Virus record (IMG/VR): IMGVR_UViG_3300008262_000022
From: a virus
Taxonomy: Duplodnaviria; Heunggongvirae; Uroviricota; Caudoviricetes
Reading direction: 5' to 3' (one strand)
DNA length: 64,000 nucleotides
Both the position numbers and the translations under genes were made by a program. Within the stretch, counting starts at the first letter, position 1; each line of letters begins with the position of its first letter. Under the pieces are notes generated by a model that saw only the letters and a list, made by a program, of their open reading frames with translations, had not been told where the DNA came from and searched no databases. Of the stretch, positions 1 to 10,190 are shown piece after piece.

Positions 1-6
1 TTTGAT

Positions 7-771
7 ATGATACCTGGTATTCAAGATTATGATTTAAAAGAAATCATGTCTAGTTCATATGGGATAACATCATCTATTGAGGTTAAAAAAATATTCTATG
101 AGTCTCCTCCAGCTATTGTTCGTTATTTTGATCCATACGCTGGTACTGGTACTGGTATTCAGTCATTATTAGAAACATTTGGATTTGGACAATTCTCACC
201 AGGAGTTAATTTTTTATTAATGCCTATATATTTTGATGTTCAAAAAATTCAAGCAATTGAATTAAATGACCAAATAAGAAAATCAGCATATTCATTTGAT
301 CTGGTGGATAATAAATTAAGAATATTTCCTATTCCTACTACTGATAATAAAATGTTCTTTCATTATATATTTGTAGATGATAGAAATAGTGTTATACCTC
401 TTAGTGGAAGTGGATTAGGTCCGGGTAGAATCACAGACGTATCAAATGTACCTTATACTAATCCAACGTTTGCTTTAATCAATTCAGTAGGTAAGCAGTG
501 GATTTATCAATATACATTAGCTATATGTAAAGAAATGCTAGCATATATTAGAGGTAAATATACACAGATTCCTATTCCAGGAGCTGAAGTAACCTTAAAT
601 CAAGCTGATTTATTAGCCGATGCTAGAACTGAAAAAGAAAAATTACTTGAAGTATTAAGAGCAAACTTAGATATGGCTTCACGTAAAACACAATTAGAAA
701 ACCAAGCATTGGAAGCAGAGGCAATACAAAAAGCATTGAATAACGTACCAATGGGAATTTATATATTTTAA
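7..771 (+). CDS. Neck protein, T4 gp13-like (probably 5'-partial)
   Basis: C-terminal W..QYTLAICKEML..IRGKY..IPIPG..VTLN..DL...ARTEKEKL resembles gp13-type necks. The frame is open upstream to the window edge, and it precedes gp14/gp15-like genes. Confidence 0.6.
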   Translation: MIPGIQDYDLKEIMSSSYGITSSIEVKKIFYESPPAIVRYFDPYAGTGTGIQSLLETFGFGQFSPGVNFLLMPIYFDVQKIQAIELNDQIRKSAYSFDLVDNKLRIFPIPTTDNKMFFHYIFVDDRNSVIPLSGSGLGPGRITDVSNVPYTNPTFALINSVGKQWIYQYTLAICKEMLAYIRGKYTQIPIPGAEVTLNQADLLADARTEKEKLLEVLRANLDMASRKTQLENQALEAEAIQKALNNVPMGIYIF

Positions 772-773
772 TT

Positions 774-1112
774 ATGATTAAACTACAGAATCTATTATTA
801 GAATCACTTTCTATTTACGAAATAGAAGTAATGATTAAAGTAGAAAGACAAGCTAATAAGGTAGACATATACAATGAAATTAGAGGTATAGATGGAGTAG
901 TTGTTGTTAAAGTAGAACAAAATAACTATTTAAATACTTTAATTACTGACCAAACAGAATACTCTTTACTTCATATGAAATTTATTGTAAGAAAAGAACC
1001 AAAAGATGAGTTAGCTGAAATTAAAAGAAGAGCATTAGTAACTCAAAAAATACCAGGCTTATTAAAATTTATACCTAGATATAAAACTTTAGAAAAAATA
1101 ACTACGATATAA
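774..1112 (+). CDS. Hypothetical protein with MIKLxxLLxE leader
   Basis: 112 aa ORF coupled to its neighbours; N-terminus MIKLQNLLLE. Confidence 0.7.
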   Translation: MIKLQNLLLESLSIYEIEVMIKVERQANKVDIYNEIRGIDGVVVVKVEQNNYLNTLITDQTEYSLLHMKFIVRKEPKDELAEIKRRALVTQKIPGLLKFIPRYKTLEKITTI

Positions 1113-1648
1113 TGAGTTTATTTGGAGCAAATAGAGACATAAGTTTATTTAGACACGTAAATAGAGAATTACTTAATGATATAATTGAGCAAAAAGTAGG
1201 ATATTATAAAATAGTACTAGATCGCACTGAACCAAACATGTATGGTGAGGCTTCTAAAAAAACATATAACGATCCTGTACTAATTAATTGCTTGATTGAA
1301 CGTGGAGATACGACTTCAGCCGTAGATGATTTTGGCCCTGATATTAGTCGTAATATTACTTGCCGCTTTTTACGCGATGATCTCGCAGGTATTGACTTAA
1401 GCACCGAACTTGGCCCAGATGCTAGAGGCTTTACATATAACATAGTACCTGAAATAGGAGATGTAATATTATGGAATAATGATTATTATGAAGTTGATAA
1501 TGTTAATGAAAATCAGTTAGTTGTAGGTAAGGATTATAACTATTCTTATTCATCTAATACCGACAATTTTGGTTCTTCATGGTCAATAATATTATCATGC
1601 CATTATATGAGACCAGAAATACTAGGTATAACCCAAACAAGACTATAA
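1112..1648 (+). CDS. Neck / head-closure protein, gp14-like
   Basis: MSLFG..RD..LF...N.EL..DII.Q..GYY pattern; position between the neck gene and the tail terminator. Confidence 0.55.
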   Translation: MSLFGANRDISLFRHVNRELLNDIIEQKVGYYKIVLDRTEPNMYGEASKKTYNDPVLINCLIERGDTTSAVDDFGPDISRNITCRFLRDDLAGIDLSTELGPDARGFTYNIVPEIGDVILWNNDYYEVDNVNENQLVVGKDYNYSYSSNTDNFGSSWSIILSCHYMRPEILGITQTRL

Positions 1649-1659
1649 TATTTATTGAC

Positions 1660-2019
1660 ATGATTAAATTAATAGACATATTAAATGAAGCAGAAATTCC
1701 TGTAACCGGAGCAAGTGGTGAAAAAGTAGCATCTTTTAAACCTAAAAAAGATGGTGAGGCTTTTGAAAGAGGATATAAAAGTATAAAAACTTCTATAGAC
1801 CCGGAAACAGGTACCTTTACACAAGAATTTGAAGCTTTACCTAAATTTGATGAAATAAGAAGAAATCTTTTAAAATATAGAAGAGAAGTCCAAGCATTTA
1901 AATTTTCAACTAATGAAGATGTAGCTAAAGTAGCTAAAGATGCGAATGCTACTCTATATAAAGCTGCTCAACTAGTATTAGCTTTAGATAAAATGTTAGA
2001 ATTACAAAGACAAAAATAA
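1660..2019 (+). CDS. Hypothetical protein with MIKLIDILNE leader
   Basis: Start moved to ATG 1660 after a TATTTAT motif; the track start at 1579 overlaps the previous gene. Confidence 0.65.
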   Translation: MIKLIDILNEAEIPVTGASGEKVASFKPKKDGEAFERGYKSIKTSIDPETGTFTQEFEALPKFDEIRRNLLKYRREVQAFKFSTNEDVAKVAKDANATLYKAAQLVLALDKMLELQRQK

Positions 2020-2021
2020 TA

Positions 2022-3284
2022 ATGGCTAAATCTCTTAAACCTATACCTAAAAATGCAGCTGAAATTAGTCAAGAACAAGTTACTCCTTATTTAAAAAATC
2101 AAGGAAAACCTGTTAGTGATACTGTTTTTTCTAAAAATAGAGGTAAAGATATATCATTTAAGGGAGATACTGTTAAAGATGTAAGTATAGGAATAGAAGA
2201 TTTAGATTATGCTGTGTTATACTATTTTGAAAATGTTATAAAACCTAGTGTAATTCAAAATGGACAACAAATAACTGTTCCCGTAATTTATGGTTCTCCT
2301 GAAAGATGGAAATCAGTTCAAGCCGATGGTTTTTATCGTGATGCTAACGGTAAAGGATTAGCTCCTTTAATTATGTTTAAACGTGAAAGTGTTGAAAAAA
2401 ATAGAAGTCTAGGAAATAAATTAGATGGCAACAGAGCCCATTTATATCAGGTTATAGGTACAAAATATAATATAAGAAATGCATATGATAGATTTTCAGT
2501 TGTAAATAACAGAATACCTTCAGAACAATATTATATAAGTACTGTTCCTGACTATGTTACTTTAACCTATTCGTGTGTTATATTTACTGACTATGTTGAA
2601 CAAAATAATAAGTTAGTAGAAGCTATTAATTTTGCTTCAGATTCATATTGGGGAGATCTAAATAGGTGGAAGTTTAAAGCAAGAATAGACTCATTTACTA
2701 CAACTACTTTATTAGAACAAGGAGAAGACAGAGCAGCTCGCTCTACATTTAATCTTATTTTAAATGGATATATAATTCCTAATACGGTAAATAAAGATTT
2801 AGCAGTAGCTCGTAGCAAATTTTACACAACATCACAGGTAGTATTTAATTTAGAGGTAATAGATAGTGGTGGTACTATAACTAATATAGACGAAATGAAA
2901 TTTGCAAATAAACCAGCAGCTAAAAACGCTACAGGAGCTACTTCATTTATAGGAGGAGGAATTAATATAACTAGTGTAATTGGAGCAGGTAATGATGACG
3001 TAGAGTACATAAATACTAATATTGCTAAAATAGCCAATAGCATAACCATTCCTGATACAGCAATTTTTTATAGCTCATCTATATTGCAACCACCAGCAGG
3101 CTCAAGTTTACCTCCTACATCAGTAAATAATTTTGTATTTTATATTAATGGCCAATACGTTCCTTCTTCTGCTATAACATTATCAGAAAGTGGAGGAAAT
3201 GTAACAGCATTATTTAATACATCATCTATAGGATATTCATTAAGTTTAACAGACGAAATAACAGCAATAGGGAAATTCACATAA
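2022..3284 (+). CDS. Tail terminator / sheath stabilizer, gp15-like, with C-terminal extension
   Basis: VPVIYGSPERW, P.YV.L.Y...I.T.Y..Q.N.L.E.I motifs; synteny with the neck genes. Confidence 0.55.
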   Translation: MAKSLKPIPKNAAEISQEQVTPYLKNQGKPVSDTVFSKNRGKDISFKGDTVKDVSIGIEDLDYAVLYYFENVIKPSVIQNGQQITVPVIYGSPERWKSVQADGFYRDANGKGLAPLIMFKRESVEKNRSLGNKLDGNRAHLYQVIGTKYNIRNAYDRFSVVNNRIPSEQYYISTVPDYVTLTYSCVIFTDYVEQNNKLVEAINFASDSYWGDLNRWKFKARIDSFTTTTLLEQGEDRAARSTFNLILNGYIIPNTVNKDLAVARSKFYTTSQVVFNLEVIDSGGTITNIDEMKFANKPAAKNATGATSFIGGGINITSVIGAGNDDVEYINTNIAKIANSITIPDTAIFYSSSILQPPAGSSLPPTSVNNFVFYINGQYVPSSAITLSESGGNVTALFNTSSIGYSLSLTDEITAIGKFT

Positions 3285-3667
3285 TGGCACTAATAACCAG
3301 TAAACAAATACAGTACCCATTATCGGGCTTATTCAGTGGATCGTTTAGCGGTGATGGTAGTGGTTTGACTAACTTATCGATTGATGGATTTCAAATAACC
3401 TCAGGAAGTGTTAGTGCTAGTGTTAATCCAATAGGAGATTTATTTTTAGTTAAGTCAGCAAGCGCTGAATTTTTAAAAATAACTTCTAATACTACAACTA
3501 TAACTAATGATATTTTTATAATTAAGGATAACAACAATAAACCAACATTTACTATAAGTGAAAGTATAATATATTTTGCTACTCAGTCAACTGAATTAAC
3601 AGGTTCAACTATAGCTGGAAGTATGTATTTTACTTCATCATCGTTTTACGTAGGACTAGAAAACTAA
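3284..3667 (+). CDS. Small virion/fibre-associated protein
   Basis: Shares the FSGSF.G.G.GLT and GSVSASV modules with the 5763 gene. Confidence 0.55.
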   Translation: MALITSKQIQYPLSGLFSGSFSGDGSGLTNLSIDGFQITSGSVSASVNPIGDLFLVKSASAEFLKITSNTTTITNDIFIIKDNNNKPTFTISESIIYFATQSTELTGSTIAGSMYFTSSSFYVGLEN

Positions 3668-3700
3668 ATATATTTATAACAAACATAAAAACAATATACA

Positions 3701-5743
3701 ATGGCAGAATGGAAAAAAGTCGTAGTCTCAGGTTCTGTAGCTGAATTAGAAAACCACTTTAATGGTGAACCAACAATAAATCCTTGGTCAACTGGTCTTG
3801 ATGGAAGTTATTTCAGTACATTTTCACCTACAACCTACACTTCAGATATATTAAGATTTATAGCAGGGTTATTAAGCGCCTCAGCTCCTGCACCTTCACC
3901 TAACACTAGAACATTCGCTAATATTAGTGAAACTATTACAAACAACGGTACTGGAACTGCACCTGCAGGTTATGTACCTCAAAGTTTTACAGGTGCTGAT
4001 TTAACTTATTTAGTTAATCAAGGGTTTGCTTCAGTAGGTGGTACTTTATTTCCTAGTAGAACAATATTCAATAACTCAAGTTTTAATATAGTTTATAATA
4101 GTGTTGCTGGTGGTTCTACAACAGTATCTTCATCCGCTGATGCTCAATTATTTGGTTTAGGAACTTTATCTGAGGTTCCATTTCGTGTGTCAGGAGCAAT
4201 AAGTTGGTTTTACTCAGATAACAACAGTGAAACCGTAACTGCAACTTCACAATCACAAGCTTTATTATCATTATCAACTACAGGTTCTTCAGGTGGTTTA
4301 ACGTTAGCTAGAATTAACACAGCTAATCCATTAGTTATCCCTCCAGCATTCCAAGATGGTAAATTTGCTGGTGTATTTAGTTCAGGACTATTCAATAATG
4401 GAAGATCATTTACTAGTGTAAGTTCATCAGGTTGGTACCATATATCAGCATCTATTAGAATAAATACCGGTTCTTCAGCATACAGCACAGCACAAACTAT
4501 TACTGAAAGAGTATTTTATGCTCCAACAACTAATATTAATACTAACATTGGTAGTAATAGTTTATCATATACAGGTGGTGTAACAGCTTCATTAACAGCA
4601 ACATCACGCTCATTAAGTGGTGCTCCTTATTTATTAACTGCTACTTGGTCTCAAATATCAACAGCAAGTGGTTTCTTCTCACCTTTATATGCTGCTGATT
4701 CAACATTATCTGATTTAAACACAGCAAATTCATTAGTTGCTTTAAGTGGTATAACAGCTGCTTCAACCGCTGGAGGTACAGTTCAAACTGCAAATGCTAT
4801 ATTTGATTCAACAGGCGTAACTCCAAGATCAACAGGTACAGTACCTTTTATAAATGATATAGTTAAATTAAGTGGTAGTGTATCATTTAATGCTGGTTCA
4901 AGTGGTGCTACAAATATCCAACAAGGAAGTTCTTTATCTACAACTACATTTACAGTATTAACAAGAGGTAAAGACAGAACCGGAACCCAATCAACATTAA
5001 ACACACAAACTTATTTATTTCACTCAGCCAGTGCTTTTGATCAACCATTATCTTCAGGATCAATGGCTTATTATGGTAGAGCACAAGGATTTGATTCTAA
5101 TACATTAACTGGTGGATCTGAAACATTCGTAGGAGAAACTTCTAGATTACGAATAGATAATAATGTTTTATCAGGTTCATATAATAGTGGAGGAAAATGG
5201 ACTACCGGTTCATATAGCGCTTACACATTAGGAGCATTAGATTTACAAGTTAAACCTGGATTCTTAGTAAGACCAGGTGGTTCATATGGTTATTGGTTAG
5301 CAGATCCAAACAGTGGTAAAACATATAAATACTATGCTAGAGCATTTAGACGTGATTTAGCAACTGCTGCTACTTCAATGACTATAAACGTAGGTAGAAC
5401 ATTAGTAGGCTGGAACTCAGCTACATCTGGTGTAGCAGTTGCTTTAGTATTTGCTAGTTCAGGTGTCAATTTATATTCTACTCCTAGAATTTATGACCCA
5501 ACTGCTACAACATCTAACTTAATTAGTGCTAATGTATCTAATGATGATTTTATTAATCCGTTTACTAGAAACATAGATTTATATGGTAATACAGGTGGTA
5601 GTGTTGCTTCAACAACATATACAGTTCCATTAAGAGCAGCAGATGGTATGACATTAGATACTACTTACAGAGACTTAATTGTACTTGTAAGATACAATGG
5701 AGACCAATTACCAATAACAAGTATAGCAGTAACATATTCATAA
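3701..5743 (+). CDS. Ser/Thr/Gly-rich virion structural protein
   Basis: 680 aa beta-rich ORF. N-terminus MAEWKKVVVSGS resembles MPNWKKVLTSGS of the 8569 gene. Confidence 0.55.
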   Translation: MAEWKKVVVSGSVAELENHFNGEPTINPWSTGLDGSYFSTFSPTTYTSDILRFIAGLLSASAPAPSPNTRTFANISETITNNGTGTAPAGYVPQSFTGADLTYLVNQGFASVGGTLFPSRTIFNNSSFNIVYNSVAGGSTTVSSSADAQLFGLGTLSEVPFRVSGAISWFYSDNNSETVTATSQSQALLSLSTTGSSGGLTLARINTANPLVIPPAFQDGKFAGVFSSGLFNNGRSFTSVSSSGWYHISASIRINTGSSAYSTAQTITERVFYAPTTNINTNIGSNSLSYTGGVTASLTATSRSLSGAPYLLTATWSQISTASGFFSPLYAADSTLSDLNTANSLVALSGITAASTAGGTVQTANAIFDSTGVTPRSTGTVPFINDIVKLSGSVSFNAGSSGATNIQQGSSLSTTTFTVLTRGKDRTGTQSTLNTQTYLFHSASAFDQPLSSGSMAYYGRAQGFDSNTLTGGSETFVGETSRLRIDNNVLSGSYNSGGKWTTGSYSAYTLGALDLQVKPGFLVRPGGSYGYWLADPNSGKTYKYYARAFRRDLATAATSMTINVGRTLVGWNSATSGVAVALVFASSGVNLYSTPRIYDPTATTSNLISANVSNDDFINPFTRNIDLYGNTGGSVASTTYTVPLRAADGMTLDTTYRDLIVLVRYNGDQLPITSIAVTYS

Positions 5744-5762
5744 TAAAAAGTAATAATACAAC

Positions 5763-8018
5763 ATGGCAATTGATAGAACAATAAAATCAAGTAGGCTCTT
5801 ACAAAGTAGACGCTATACACAAGCATCATTATCAGATGCTCAAGAAGCATTTACCAGTGTATTAGATATAAACTCTAGAGAAGTATATGCTCAGGCAAGC
5901 CTAATACCTACATCTAGTTTACCCTTCTCAGGTTCAAGCCAAAGCGGCAGTATATATTCTGTTGGAGGACAAAACATATTAAGATATTGGTTTCAACATC
6001 CATTAACACCATCAAACGTTGTTAGTGGTTCAGTAGTTGATGCCTGGTTCTTTATTGATCCATCAGGATCAGCGGTTACTCCTCAGATCATACAAACAGG
6101 TCAACAAAATAATTTTGTATCAAACAAATACGCTTCACCATCATTAACAAACGCAGATGCTCAAGATAACCCTCCAGGTTACAACATTGTAGTTTTAATC
6201 GACAATGTAAAACAAAATCCAGCTTCATATCAGTTTGATTATAAAAATGGTGTTTTACAATTTGTTACTGCTGCTCCACTTCCAACAGCTGTAGTTAGAG
6301 TAACAGCCTATCAATATGTTGGTCAAACAGTTGATACTGCATTAACCAACTTAAGTGCCTCTATTTCAGGAGTTAGCGGTTCATTAAGTAATTTAAGTAG
6401 TGATAAAATTGCTACAGGTGCTGTTACCGCTTCAGTTGCTACAGGTTCAAATACATTTACTATTACAAATGGTGGTACTTCATTATTTAAAATAAAAAAT
6501 AATGGTGCTATAGAGCATGGACCTTCAGTATTAGCTGAAGGAGTTTATTCATATGCTGCTGGTGATTCTACTAAAGCAATTGGGGACTATTCACATGCTG
6601 AAGGTAATAGCACATACGCCGGTTTTAAAGGATATAATTCTGTTGATATAGGTTCGACAACCCCAGGTGATATTTACTTAAATGCAGGTTATGGTGATGT
6701 TTCAAGTCAATTTTCTAGTGGTTATATAGTATTAGATGATACTAATTACAACCAAGCCTACCTCACTACTAAACTAGAAATAGCAAATGTTCAGTTTGAT
6801 GGTACTAATACAATTATAACATTAGTTAATACAAGTATCACAGGAACTGGAGCTATAATAGGTGTTTTTAATAATCCAACACCAACTGGAGCAGACCAAA
6901 TAGCAGGAAACACTTCACATGCTGAAGGTTTTAATACTCAAGCCTTAGGAAATTATTCACATGCTGAAGGTGATACTACTAAAGCAATAGGAAGTTATTC
7001 ACATGCAGAAGGTAATGGTACTCAAGCAACAGGATACGCTTCACATGCTGAAGGCACTAGTACTCAAGCATTAGGAGATTATTCACACGCTGAAGGTGAA
7101 AGTACAATTGCCTCTGGATACGCATCACATGCAGAAGGTCTTAATACTCAAGCAATAGGAAATTATTCACATGCTGAAGGTTCTGATACTCAAGCCTTAG
7201 GAAATTATTCACATGCTGAAGGTGAAAATACAACAGCATCTGGATACGCATCACATGCTGAAGGTGTAGGTACAATTGCATCCGGTTCTGGACAAACAGT
7301 AATGGGTAAATACAATACCCAAAACAATGATACTTCATTAGTAATAATAGGTAATGGTATTGATGATAGTACTAGAAGTGATTTAGTATTATTTAATTCA
7401 ACAGACGTTGCATTTAACGTACCAGTATCTGCCTCAGTATTTTCAGGTTCATTTGTAGGTAATGGTGCTGGATTAACAGATGTACCTGCAAGTGCTATTT
7501 CAGGATTAAATTTATCTCAAATTGCAACAGGTTCAGTATCAGCATCTGTAAATGTAGATTCAAATGCTTTTACAATTATAAGCGCATCTAGTACATTACT
7601 TAATGTAGCAAATTCTGGATTAGTTACAGTATCAAATTTAACAGTAAATGATAACTTAGTTGTAAACGGTACCGCTTCATTTATTAATACAGAAAACTTA
7701 TCTGTTAAAGATAGATTCATATTAATTAATAGTGGTTCTTCTACATTAGCAGATTCAGGATGGGTTACCCAATACAACGCAGCCGGTTCAGGTTCAGCAT
7801 TTTATTTAGATGCAGATACAACAGGAACATATGGTCGTTTTGCAGTAGCATTTGATGTTGTAGGTAATGAAAGTATTGTAACCGCTAACGAGTATGTAGT
7901 TACCGCTCGTCAAGCATCAGGAGCACCCCCAGCAACACCAACATGGGGTGGTGCAACCAACGGCTTCGGTAATATTTACGTAAACAGTGATAACGGTGAT
8001 ATCTTTATCTATTCTTAA
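5763..8018 (+). CDS. Tail fibre / adhesin with YadA-head-like 14-aa SHAEG repeats
   Basis: Ten (Y/A/T)SHAEG repeats with 14-aa period, followed by Q..MGKYN and IIGNG motifs. Confidence 0.7.
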   Translation: MAIDRTIKSSRLLQSRRYTQASLSDAQEAFTSVLDINSREVYAQASLIPTSSLPFSGSSQSGSIYSVGGQNILRYWFQHPLTPSNVVSGSVVDAWFFIDPSGSAVTPQIIQTGQQNNFVSNKYASPSLTNADAQDNPPGYNIVVLIDNVKQNPASYQFDYKNGVLQFVTAAPLPTAVVRVTAYQYVGQTVDTALTNLSASISGVSGSLSNLSSDKIATGAVTASVATGSNTFTITNGGTSLFKIKNNGAIEHGPSVLAEGVYSYAAGDSTKAIGDYSHAEGNSTYAGFKGYNSVDIGSTTPGDIYLNAGYGDVSSQFSSGYIVLDDTNYNQAYLTTKLEIANVQFDGTNTIITLVNTSITGTGAIIGVFNNPTPTGADQIAGNTSHAEGFNTQALGNYSHAEGDTTKAIGSYSHAEGNGTQATGYASHAEGTSTQALGDYSHAEGESTIASGYASHAEGLNTQAIGNYSHAEGSDTQALGNYSHAEGENTTASGYASHAEGVGTIASGSGQTVMGKYNTQNNDTSLVIIGNGIDDSTRSDLVLFNSTDVAFNVPVSASVFSGSFVGNGAGLTDVPASAISGLNLSQIATGSVSASVNVDSNAFTIISASSTLLNVANSGLVTVSNLTVNDNLVVNGTASFINTENLSVKDRFILINSGSSTLADSGWVTQYNAAGSGSAFYLDADTTGTYGRFAVAFDVVGNESIVTANEYVVTARQASGAPPATPTWGGATNGFGNIYVNSDNGDIFIYS
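6908..7287 (+). repeat. Nine tandem 42-nt coding repeats (tattcacatgctgaagg core)
   Basis: Visible 42-nt periodicity encoding xxSHAEGxxTxAxG. Confidence 0.85.
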
Positions 8019-8040
8019 ACATATTTATAATAAAATAGTT

Positions 8041-8241
8041 ATGGCATTTACAGCAACACACATAGACAACAACGTTAAAAAAGAACAAACAACAACTCTA
8101 TCTCCATCACAGTTAAATACAAAGGAGATAGAGATGTTGTTATCTCTAATAAAAAGATCAACATTCCTTGGAGAGGATGTAGAGACTATTTATCATATGG
8201 TGGTTAAACTACAAAACCAATATTTGGAACAAACAAAATAA
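8041..8241 (+). CDS. Small hypothetical protein
   Basis: ATG 8041 follows a TATTTAT motif; 66 aa. Confidence 0.6.
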   Translation: MAFTATHIDNNVKKEQTTTLSPSQLNTKEIEMLLSLIKRSTFLGEDVETIYHMVVKLQNQYLEQTK

Positions 8242-8248
8242 TTAAGTT

Positions 8249-8470
8249 ATGAATATATACTCAGTTGATTTAACTCTAAATGAGTTAAACTTTATCCGTC
8301 AATCATTAGAAACAGTTACCATACAAGGTAAAGATGCTAAATTTTTAGCTACACTTCAAGTAAAAATTGAACAAGAACTGGCTGAAATACAAAAAATGAT
8401 ACAAGCAGAAGAACAAAAGAAAATGCTTGCCCTATCAGAGACTATAACTAAAAGTACATCTAAAAAATAG
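8249..8470 (+). CDS. Small coiled-coil hypothetical protein
   Basis: 73 aa; internal similarity to the preceding ORF (L...E...I...L...T..G.D). Confidence 0.6.
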   Translation: MNIYSVDLTLNELNFIRQSLETVTIQGKDAKFLATLQVKIEQELAEIQKMIQAEEQKKMLALSETITKSTSKK

Positions 8471-8486
8471 TTTTCCATATTTATAC

Positions 8487-8555
8487 TAGACCATTGGCCT
8501 GTAAAAGGAAGTAGGCATATACACGGCATAAGTGTATGTATCTAACCGTGGTTTA
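8487..8555 (+). ncRNA. Candidate structured 5' leader RNA
   Basis: GC-richer intergenic island: agacca/tggttt closing stem, gcct/aggc helix, atatacac/gtgtatgt hairpin. Confidence 0.4.
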
Positions 8556-8568
8556 ATTATATATCAAC

Positions 8569-10188
8569 ATGCCTAACTGGAAGAAAGTCTTAACTAGCGG
8601 TTCAGATGCCGCCTTAAACACATTAACTGTATCTAACGGTATAACAGGTTCTCTATTAGGAACTGCTTCATTTGCTTCAACAGCATCTTTTTCATCAACA
8701 GCATCATTCATCAATGTAACAGGCTCAAATGTTTTTGTTCAAGGTGGTAATAGTTTTGGCGCAGGCGCTGTATTAGGAACAAATGATAATCAATCTTTAA
8801 TATTAGAAACGAGTGGTTCTGCTAGGTTAACTATAACAAACGCGGGTATAGCTCGTTTTTCACGTACAGGTAGTGGTAACTTAGTAGAATTATATGATAA
8901 TAACAATAATATAGTTACTCGTTTTCTTAATAATGGTCAAGCTGTTTATACTGAGGCTGTAACTATTCCTTATTTAATAGGAGGATTAGGAGGAACATTA
9001 AATATTTTCGGTAGCACATTTATAGGAGCGGATTTTGCCGTTACTCCAAATGCTCGTTTACATATAAGAGGGGCAGGCTCTGGGTCAGCTACCACAGCGT
9101 TACGTGTTCAAAATAGCGCTTTAACATCATCATTAGTAATCTTAGATAACAATTCAGGTTCATATAATGGGGGTTTTACATTTACTGGTAATACAATTAT
9201 CTCAGGTTCTGAAACTATTTCAGGTTCAATAACATTTACTAGAGCATCAACTCCATCAGCTGCAGGTGTAATTGGACGTGGAGCACTTGGGCTTGAAATC
9301 AGAGGTGTAGATGGTGGTTCAGGTGGGCATTTATCGTTACTTAATGCTGGAGGTGACGGTGTATTAGTAGGTATTAGCAGTACTAGACATTTATCAACAT
9401 ATGGTAGACTTGGTGTAGGTATCGGATTAGCAACACCATCATCCCGTTTACAAGTTAGAGGAGAGGGTACTACAAATGCTACCGAAACGCTACGTATACA
9501 AAACAGTGCAGCAACCTCTTCATTAGTAATCTTAGATAACAATTCAGGTTCATATAATGGTAACTTTGATATAACTGGTAGTTTAACTACAACGGGAAAT
9601 GTTGGTATAGGTAGGAGCTCTGCTACTGCAAGTTTAGATGTAGCAGGCACAACTCGTCTCTCAGGCTCATTCAACACAGCAGCATCTGGCTCAATCTTAA
9701 CCGTAATAGGTTCAGGTTCAGCGCAACCAATATTTACAGTACAAGGTTCACAAGGTGAATTGTTCTCTGTAACAGATAGTTTATCAGGATCTTTATTTAG
9801 TGTTAATGACATATCAGGTCTTCCTATTATGGAAGTATTCTCAGATAACACCATTTTAATGGGTGATTATCAAGATCCAATGTTATTAACAACTAGAAAA
9901 ATAACACAAACAAATTCAGGTTCGTTTGTTGTATATAGTATACCAACAGCATCGTACGATGGAGCATTTTTTGAATTCACAATAAAATCAGGTTCAAATG
10001 CAAGAGTAGGAACTATAATGAGTACGTGGGCTGGATCTTCAATTGAATTTTCGGAAGTAGATACAATGGATATAGGTAATACAACAGCAGTAGGTTTAAC
10101 AATGATATTATCAGGTTCAAATGCCGTGTTGACAGGTTCGTCATCAACAGGATCTTGGACAATAAGAACAATAGTGAGGGCAATATAG
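8569..10188 (+). CDS. Gly/Ser/Thr-rich fibre-like structural protein
   Basis: 539 aa with GNVGIG, ITGSL and RLHIRG/RLQVRG repeats typical of phage fibre shafts. Confidence 0.6.
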   Translation: MPNWKKVLTSGSDAALNTLTVSNGITGSLLGTASFASTASFSSTASFINVTGSNVFVQGGNSFGAGAVLGTNDNQSLILETSGSARLTITNAGIARFSRTGSGNLVELYDNNNNIVTRFLNNGQAVYTEAVTIPYLIGGLGGTLNIFGSTFIGADFAVTPNARLHIRGAGSGSATTALRVQNSALTSSLVILDNNSGSYNGGFTFTGNTIISGSETISGSITFTRASTPSAAGVIGRGALGLEIRGVDGGSGGHLSLLNAGGDGVLVGISSTRHLSTYGRLGVGIGLATPSSRLQVRGEGTTNATETLRIQNSAATSSLVILDNNSGSYNGNFDITGSLTTTGNVGIGRSSATASLDVAGTTRLSGSFNTAASGSILTVIGSGSAQPIFTVQGSQGELFSVTDSLSGSLFSVNDISGLPIMEVFSDNTILMGDYQDPMLLTTRKITQTNSGSFVVYSIPTASYDGAFFEFTIKSGSNARVGTIMSTWAGSSIEFSEVDTMDIGNTTAVGLTMILSGSNAVLTGSSSTGSWTIRTIVRAI

Positions 10189-10190
10189 TT

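Noticed and set aside
6908-7287. 42-nt periodic repeats as a CRISPR array
   Set aside because: They are in-frame coding repeats with codon-level degeneracy and no unique spacers; no cas genes are present.
8487-8555. Assignment to c-di-GMP, preQ1 or another known riboswitch
   Set aside because: Conserved ligand-binding nucleotides could not be matched; left unassigned.
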